Shown in pieces: positions 55,516 to 64,000 of a stretch of DNA of 64,000 nt. How positions within the stretch are numbered: position 1 is the stretch's first letter; every line of letters begins with the position of its first letter. Under the pieces are notes generated by a model. It was not told where the DNA came from, ran no database searches, and was given only the letters and a program-made list of their open reading frames with translations. The translations under genes were made by a program, and so were the position numbers. Origin of the DNA: Octopus vulgaris (Eukaryota); NCBI GenBank assembly GCA_951406725.2, contig OX597814.1, forward strand, positions 99,014,001 through 99,078,000, in the 5' to 3' direction.

Positions 55516-56212
55516 TGTATATATATGTATAGTTAGAGAGGCAGAGATGAAAGAAAACCACAGGGTCTGATACATTAGCCGAACAACTTAACTAAATTTG
55601 TCTTAGCAATTAAGTCTAAAAACAACAAAGAATGGAGATGAGATGAATTCTCTGGTCTATAAATATGCAATGCAGTAAGGAATGTTCTTTCTTTGGAAAG
55701 CCAACTTGCAAAACTAATGCGCTTGTTCTAATCTTTTTAGAACTCATCAGCGAAGATAACTGAACTCAGTTAAGCTTAGAAATGATTGAGTAAGCATACA
55801 AACAAAAGGGAACCGGTCGCACACACACACACACACACACTGATCATCTTTAAATCTAGTCATCTGATTATCGTTACTGTTAATCCCTATTATCGAACTA
55901 TCATACTGTAATTAAGGGTATAAATATTTTCCAATAGGTACGTTTCGTCTCTCTGTGTCTGATTTTCCTTTAAAAAGAATTATTCTCATAATTTACAATA
56001 CCTCATGCACTGAATAAAAAATATCTCCTTGTCTCTTGCTTTTCCTTATCTTTGCGTTTTGATACTTAAGTAATATTTGAAGTACTAATTATGTGTATAT
56101 ATTATGAAAGAAATGAGAAGAATTATAATGGAAATGGCTTGAAATTCTCATTACGAAGCATTTTCTTAGATCCCATTTTCCATAAAATCTTTTCGAAAAC
56201 CCGCATTATATT

Positions 56213-56428
56213 GATTTCAAATTTTAACACAAGGCCAGCAATTTCTTGGGGAGTGGGTAAGTCGATTAAATCTACTCCCAGTGCTCGTCTGGTACTCATT
56301 TTATCGACTCTGAAAGGATGAATGGCAGAGTTGAACTCCGAGGAATTTGAACTCAGATTGTGAGGACGGGCGAAATGCCGCCAAGCATTTTGCTCGGCGT
56401 GCAAATGATTCTGCCAGCTGGCCACCTT
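56213..56428 (-). mobile_element. Family-B SINE
   Basis: Contains ttatcgactctgaaaggatgaatggcagag...gaatttgaactcag...ttctgccagctggccacctt. Confidence 0.82.
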
Positions 56429-57167
56429 AAATACCTATATTAAAATTATATTGATTTTTACGTATTTGTTTTTTGGGTACTTTTTTTGTCGTACTAGTCT
56501 CTTCAGTTTGAAGTTTTAGGTACATATTCCATTAAAACAGCATAAAGGCATTGAAATAACCAAGTTAGTTGCATAAACTAAGCAATTATTTATTCTCGTT
56601 AAAACCCCATGAAAAGTTTATTATCGTTGATCTACTACCATGTCAGAAACATATCTAGGATTACATTATGCAATATATCCTTCTGTTATTGAGATGGTAG
56701 GATGTGCTTTAAAACACATTTAGCTGGGTATTTTAAGCAGGTCAGGTCGAGAAGAGCTTATCAGAAACAAGCAATCGTTTGTTAATTGAAATGACGTAAT
56801 ATTTGTGATTAAATACCAACATCGATTATGTAACGGAGTTGATGCAATTACACCATTCATTCAAGACCAAAAAAAGTATATACGCGTATTCTAATACTTT
56901 ACAAATACCGTTAGACTATGCTTCCTGAAGAGTCCTACAAAGACTGAAACAGGACTAGAATTCTTACACCACATTGAGGAAGATTAGATGCATGCCCAAT
57001 TGCATTTTGATGATTGATTAATTGTAATTAGATAAAATTGCAGGGCTGTTCCTTCATCATTTTTTGAATCAGTGTTTGTCATTTAGATAAAGATAGATCT
57101 CATCCTTGAGTGTGTAATTTTATTTAATCAAAATTCCCTAATTTGACATCATGCATGCAATTTAATA

Positions 57168-57385
57168 TTGGTTTCGAGTTGTGGCACAAGGTCCGCAAGT
57201 TCTTTGGAGGGGATAAGTCGATAACATCGACCCAATGCTCAATTTGTACTTATTTTGTCGATTCTGAAAGAATGGAAGACCGAGTCGATTTCGATGAAAT
57301 TTGAACTCCTAATGTAAAGACAGACGAAATGCTGCTATAAGAATTTTGCCAGGTGTGCTAACTATTCTACCAGCTCCCCGCCCTA
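57168..57385 (-). mobile_element. Family-B SINE, diverged
   Basis: Same motifs as 56213-56428. Confidence 0.75.
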
Positions 57386-59523
57386 ATTTATGCTAGGTAA
57401 TGCTAAATATTGATGAAGCAGGCGTTCATGGTATTTTCCATAAACATTCTTGCATGTTTGTTACGTCACACTATAATTGTTCACGAAAGCTTATACTAAT
57501 CCCTAGTCAGTCTAAAATCTGCCAAGCACATCAGTTGGTGAGGTTCATGACAAAATTTGTCCGGTGTTCTTACCGTACTGTTGAAACCATACTCACTTAA
57601 TACGAGTTTCTTTAATTAAATGATCTTAATCAATTAATATTTTGTGATTGTCACTTCTGCATTTTGTAGCCAGTAATTACCATTTAGATAATGATTTATC
57701 CTCGTCATTAAAGGTGTCATTTTAATAAATAAGAATATCCTGTTTCACTATATCAAATCCAAAAGCAGCTAATTTACAACAAATTTCGAGCATGTGCGTT
57801 GTCAAAGGCAATGATACTTTGTTGTTTTGCTTAATTTACAATAAAAAGTTTATATTTACTTAAATATTCCATTTACTTCTCCGTACGGTACTCTTGCTCT
57901 TGAGCAACATACATTAGATTGTTTAAAAACACAGAGCAGCCTCGAAACAAGCGCCCAAAGGGGAAAGGATTTAAAAGTAGCTGTTTTCTAACAATTCAGA
58001 AGTTGACAACAAAATTAAACAGACGTTAAACAAATGTTACTTTTTTTTCTCTATTCGTCTCTTTAAAATGTTACTCACGTTTAATTTCTCATTTACGTCA
58101 GCTTCCTCTCGTTGCTTGTAATTGAGTGGATAAAATCCGCAGTGTGTTTCAAGCAAACTAATGAAATATGGGACCCTGATGCAGAAATAAATTACAATTT
58201 ATAAAAGAAAGAAAAAAAATCATTTGCATTTTCTCACGTTTTCTGAAACCTTACGAGAAACTGCTTTGTAGAAAGTCAATCACACACCTGCAAAGCGCCC
58301 CCTTTCATCTCCAAAGATGTTCCTCAGATTTGGTGTGCTAACGCTGTCAAATGCGGCGAACATTTCAATCTCCCTGAAAAAAATAACTCAACTTTGGCCT
58401 CTATGGTGTAGGTTACTTTTCTTCAGAACCTTTAGATTTATTACTTTCACAAGATGCACAAATAGGTACTTACGTAATCAGGGAATCAAAATAAAGCTTC
58501 ATAAATCTATTAGCATGTCATGTCTCTTTTATCAAAGTACTTAACTGCCGCACCTCTAGCATAAAACGAAACCCATAATCTCCATTAATGAGGTGGCATC
58601 TAAGAAATTCTGTTTTCCGTCTTAAATAGAACGCTACGTCTACGCTCAATAATTTTCACCACAAGGTCATAGACAAGTAATAAACTCTAAAAAAAGCATA
58701 TAGGCAAACCAGTTATTTTTAGTTTGCATCCACTAAACACATATGCATACATATATACGTACATACATTCACTGTCAAACAATAAAGAAGTTTTGGGTTC
58801 TATTTTCTAAACAATTATTATGGTAATACTACCGTTCGTACCACAGGTTTTGTCATATCAGCTTTTCAGTTGCTTTCAGAAACAAAGTTTACATAAAACG
58901 TTTTTCTACTTTGTTTTATATATCAGACTACTAAATTGTATTCTAATTTATATTTTCCTTCGTCCAATTTATCGAATGAGATGAATCAATGTCTCATAGT
59001 AAAGTGGCGTCAGAATATAGCAGAAATCAACAGTATTTAAGATATATTAACCACTATTGTGTTTCGAGTCTGTTACATTGAATATAAAACAGAGCTAAGT
59101 AACACGTTCCAAAGATCATCTCACTGATTATTCAGAGACAACTGCTTACAATACATGAACATAGATACCAACAATTTATAAAGAGTTTACGACGACAGGC
59201 CGGGGATATGTAACTAATTCTAAACATAAAGACTTCAACATAAAAAGGGAACAACTGTTGACTTATAAAGGTTAGGACGCCAGGCAGGAAGTTCAAACAC
59301 AGGAAGTTGAGAAAAACATTTGAAGAAGTGAATCTTTATATATAGAGTAATATTACTTATTTTTAATAAAAAAAAATCAAGACCGTATTATTCTTTCCAA
59401 AGTCGAATTATTCATGTACCTCAAGTATGGTACAGATAGATCCAAAGGTTTGAACGTGCATTGAGGACACACACACAGACAAGGTATTTAATATATTAAG
59501 ATATATATATATATATATCTATA

Positions 59524-59618
<95 letters not shown>

Positions 59619-59969
59619 AATATAAAATATAAATTACAAAGTGGGACAAGAACGCAAAAACACACAAAGAGACGACACAAAAAAACAGACGGGTCACTCG
59701 AAGCCTCTAATCTTCAGTCGGAACTGGATCATCTTAGCAATTTCGGCTGTTTAATCTCGATATCACTCCGAACCGGCCAGCCCCAAGGACTAAGCCACAG
59801 GCATTAGATTTCTTAGAAAGAGGACGAATGTATACGAAACAAAGACAGGATGCCACACGAATATAAATACAAGAAACAAAAAATAGAAATAAAAACAAGA
59901 ATGGTTAGCAGGACAAACACAACGGGCGTCTTACGACTTTAGACAATTTTTAACTTATCTTGGCTGACG

Positions 59970-60009
<40 letters not shown>

Positions 60010-60181
60010 CGTATGTATGCATATACACACACACAACACAAATATATATACACATGTATGCGTGGGTGCATGTGTGACTTTGCTATTCAACATGCTGAAA
60101 TGTCGGTGCATATATACAAATGATAACTAATACTCCATCAGTTGGAAGAACATGAATATTAATATTATGTATGCAAAATAT

Positions 60182-60720
60182 AAGGTGACGTGCTGGCAGA
60201 ATCGCTAAACACGTTGGGGAAAATGATTGGTGGCATTTCGTTCGTCGACTTTGCCTTTCATACTTTCGGGGTCGAAAAATTAAGTACTAACTAAGCACTG
60301 GGGTCGATGTAATCAACGTACTCCCTTCCTGTGAAATTATTGGCCTTGTACCAAAATTTGAAACCAATATTATGAATACAAAATAAGACGACGAGCTGGC
60401 AGAATCGTTAGAAAGCTGAACATTTATACTTTATACTTTACAGTCTAAGTTTAAATTCCAACATCACCTTTGATCCATCGGGACTCGATAAAATAATGTG
60501 CTAGGGCCGATGTAATCGACGTTAATGACGGTGAAATAGCAGAATTGTTAGTGCGTCGGTTAAATGGCTTAGCGGCATTTCTTCCTCTTCTACGTTCTGT
60601 GTTCAAATCTTGCTGAGGTAGACTTCGCTTTTGTTCCTTTCAGGTTGTAAATTACCACTGTCGCTGTAATTGAGTTGCCTTTCTCTTCAAAACTGCTAGC
60701 ATTATGTCAAACTTAAGAAA
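60182..60720 (+). mobile_element. Three degraded tandem family-B SINEs
   Basis: Heads aaggtgacgtgctggcagaa (60182), aagacgacgagctggcagaa (60384) and gacggtgaaatagcagaa (about 60527). Confidence 0.75.
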
Positions 60721-61172
60721 ATATTATAAATGTAAAAAGACTGAAAATAAGGGAATTAGCAAAGCTGCAGCGCTGTCAGACAAGCTTTGAATCCAGTTCT
60801 CACCTAAGTGCATTTTGATGTCCGATGTTGGAAAACTTACAACAAAGCAGTTATTCTAATCGAGAAAAGTGCAACCATTTTTTTTTGTTTTTGCTGGAGC
60901 AGACAGCATTTAAACACTATCCGAAGCCTGCACAGTACCATCTAAATATGACCAACAATCAATGTTCTCGCGCAACATTAATTTAAAATATAAATGAATC
61001 GAAGGCAATAACCGTATATCGAGGCTAGAAATATCAACGGAAGTAAAATAGATAAAATATATAAAAAGAAGAATGAATAAATAATAGATTTTTTTTTTAA
61101 ATGAAAGGAAAATTGTGATAAACGGATCGTGAAAATTTCGCGATCAATATAGATGTGATGCTTATGTCATCT

Positions 61173-61343
61173 CTAGATATAGAACTAGACTGTAGAAATT
61201 ATAGCCAGCGCCTGATTTTTGTTTCGAGATTTCGTATCCGAGACGTCAGATGTAAACAAACGATGTGATCGAAGATGACGTCTCGGATACGAAACGTCGT
61301 AACAAATATCAGTGTTGCTATAATTTCTATACAATGTATCTAG
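61173..61343. repeat. About 170 bp imperfect palindrome
   Basis: tttcgtatccgagacgtca pairs with tgacgtctcggatacgaaa; tagaaattatagc pairs with gctataatttcta. Confidence 0.88.
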
Positions 61344-61914
61344 TGATAGCCTTAACAAGTAATGTAAAGCACACTGCTAACGCAGTAGAACGAGACATTG
61401 ACTTATAAAAGTGTTTAATATACTTTATAGTACATTATGGTTGCATAACAAAATACCGCGTGCCTACATGTCATTAATATAGATATTATAAGCCGCTATA
61501 TCCCACTAAATATTACCTGAGAGCTACTTCGGGATCAAATAGCACGCTTAATGCATAACTGTTCTAATAGAAGTAAAAATTCAGTAATAGTATGTTTTAA
61601 GGTTATTTCAAAGGTGTTCTATATCTCCAAATACATACTTAAGCATAAACGCGCGCGCACACAGACATACATATGTTCATACACACACACGCATTCATCC
61701 ATCCATCCATCCATATATACATACATGCACACACGCACAAACACACAAAAAAACATGCACGCGCGCACGCACTCACACACACACACACAAACACGTAAGA
61801 AAGAGAGAGACATAGAGAGAAATACATCCATATTTAAATAAATATTGCCCAATTCTGAAAATTTTTCATTTCTTGAATAACTTCGAGAGGCTGAATTTGA
61901 AGACATAGTTAACC

Positions 61915-62282
61915 TGGGTGAAATGCTTAGCGGTATTTCGTCTGTCTTTACGTTCTGAGTTCAAATTCCGCCGCGATCGACTTTGCCTTTCATCCTTTCG
62001 GGGTCGATAAATTAAGTACCAGTTACGGACTGGGGTCGATGTAATCTACTTAATCCGTTTGTCTGTCCTTGTTTGTCCCCTCTGTGTTTAGCTCCTTGTG
62101 GGTAGTAAAGAAATAGATATTTCATCTGTCTTTACGTTCTGAGTTCAAATTCCGCCGCGATCGACTTTGCCTTTCATCCTTTCGGGGTCGATAAATTAAG
62201 TACCATTTGCGTACTGAGGTCGGTCTAATCGACTGGCCCCATCCCGCCAAATTTCGGGCCTTGTGCCTAGAGTAGAAAAGAA
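61915..62282 (+). mobile_element. Dimeric family-B SINE
   Basis: tctgtctttacgttctgagttcaaattccgccgcgatcgactttgcctttcatcctttcggggtcgataaa occurs twice with different tails. Confidence 0.85.
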
Positions 62283-62609
62283 TACATACATATATAAATA
62301 TAGGAAAATTCTATAATTATAAGCATAATTATAATAAGGGTTCAGCAAAAATTGGTTCACCACATACCGAAATTTAGAAATAGCAGTTAAATACTATTCC
62401 ACCACCCAGACAGTAATACCCTCGATTCACGCAGATAAAGAGAAAAAAATAACGAATCAACCCGGCTTTGATTATATACGAGTTTCTGGGTTCTTTTAGC
62501 ATACCGAACTACTTAGTGAAATTATTAATTATTGATTGATTAATTTATTTTACCCTTTATTATTATATAAATATAGATATAGATATAAATAAAAAGATAG
62601 ATAGACAGA

Positions 62610-62852
62610 TATGTGTGTGGGTCTGTGTTTTTATTTGCTCCCCCCCCCACTGCCAATCAACGGATGTTGATCTCTTTTATGTCTCCGTAACTTAGCTGTT
62701 TGTCAAGAAGATCAATGGAATAAGTGCAAGACTTGAAAACAAAAACAAAAACAAATTAGTGTTAGGGTTGAGTTGATCGACTAAATCATCTAACTCATTG
62801 CTCCAGCATGGCCGCAGTCCAATGACCGAAACAATACAAATGATAAAAGATA
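62610..62852 (+). mobile_element. Family-A SINE 3' half, diverged
   Basis: Contains ccgtaacttagc...gctccagcatggccgcagtccaatgaccgaaac. Confidence 0.72.
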
Positions 62853-63938
62853 AGAAATTGTTAACAAATTAATTGCACCAGCAATTAAACTCTCACCCTT
62901 TTGTGTTAGTAAGCTATTACCTTGCCCTTAGTCAACAAACTGCTTGACTCTCCACTCATTTTTTTTTGTTTGTTTTTTTTTTTTCGAGAATAAAAATTAA
63001 GAACAACAGCAACATTAGTAACAACGACAATAACAATATATAAAAAAAAAACATAGTAAAAAATATCAACAACAACAAAAACGAAAAATAAAAACAAAAA
63101 AAAAACATTAACAGCAATAACAAATGCAACTCGACATTGAGTAACGGTAAAGCGCACATCTATTCGACTTTAAACGTCTGTCCGGAAACGGCTGAATGTC
63201 GCACACTTGCCCCTTTCACAGACTTAAATTTTCTCTTTCTTTATGTTTTTATTGTCTTCATATCCTGATGCACACTCTCGGTTGACATTATTTTGATGGG
63301 GCTTGAAGCTACTTCCGCTTAATATGCGCATTGCTACTTTTCTATTTATTTACTTTTCCAGTGATCCATCTCTCAAATCGTTATTCTATTTCGTAAAACA
63401 GATCTACTGCATCCCTTTTCTCGCTTACCACCCTCATTTTCGATTCATAATTTATTCCAATTTAAGCATTGCGTGCTCTTTTACTCTTCGCTTAATGTGC
63501 GTGTGTAGTTGTGCATTTACTTTTTACGTTTTTATATGTGTGTGCAACGCATAGTATCTGTATGTATATGTATGTATATATATGTATGTATATGTATGTA
63601 TATGTATATGTATATGTATATGTGTATGTATATGTATATGTATAGTATCTGTATGTATATGTATGTATATATGTATGTATGCATGCATGTTTTATGTATG
63701 CCTGTATATATATGCGTATGTATGTATGTATATATATATATGCATATATATATGTATGTGTGTGTGTATATATATATATGTATATGTGTGTGTATACATA
63801 TATATATGTGTGTGTATACATATATATATGTGTGTGTCTGTGTGTATATATATATATGTATATGATTATATATATATGTGTGTATATATATATATATAAA
63901 ATTATATACATATATGTGTATATATGTATGTATGTATG

Positions 63939-63972
<34 letters not shown>

Positions 63973-64000
63973 TAAATATAAATGTGTGTGTGCATATATA

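Noticed and set aside
59630-59830. Possible type II hammerhead on the minus strand (GAAA...CUGAAGA) in an element also seen at about 28100-28190
   Set aside because: Stems II and III could not be paired in register.

Overview
This is an AT-rich, microsatellite-saturated animal window, intronic or intergenic. The repeat repertoire suggests an octopod or other coleoid cephalopod (inference only). I can support no intact host protein-coding gene: almost all track ORFs are translations of (TA)n, (CA)n, (TATG)n or (TATC)n. Recognisable content: two decayed mariner transposons, fragments of CR1-group, RTE and R4/Dong LINEs, dozens of tRNA-derived SINEs, MITEs and Helitron-like non-autonomous elements. 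The most interesting signal is RNA-structural. A young array at 16987-18888 has about 3.2 tandem 483-485 bp units plus an inverted copy. Each of the three full units and the inverted copy carries an intact type I hammerhead ribozyme with an unusually long, G-U-rich stem II. A different 365 bp partial tandem at 50188-50742 carries a minimal U3-A8 variant hammerhead. Both look like retrozymes (ribozyme-processed, probably circular RNA elements) or Penelope-type termini. Several degenerate hammerhead-like motifs and fold-backs occur elsewhere in the window.
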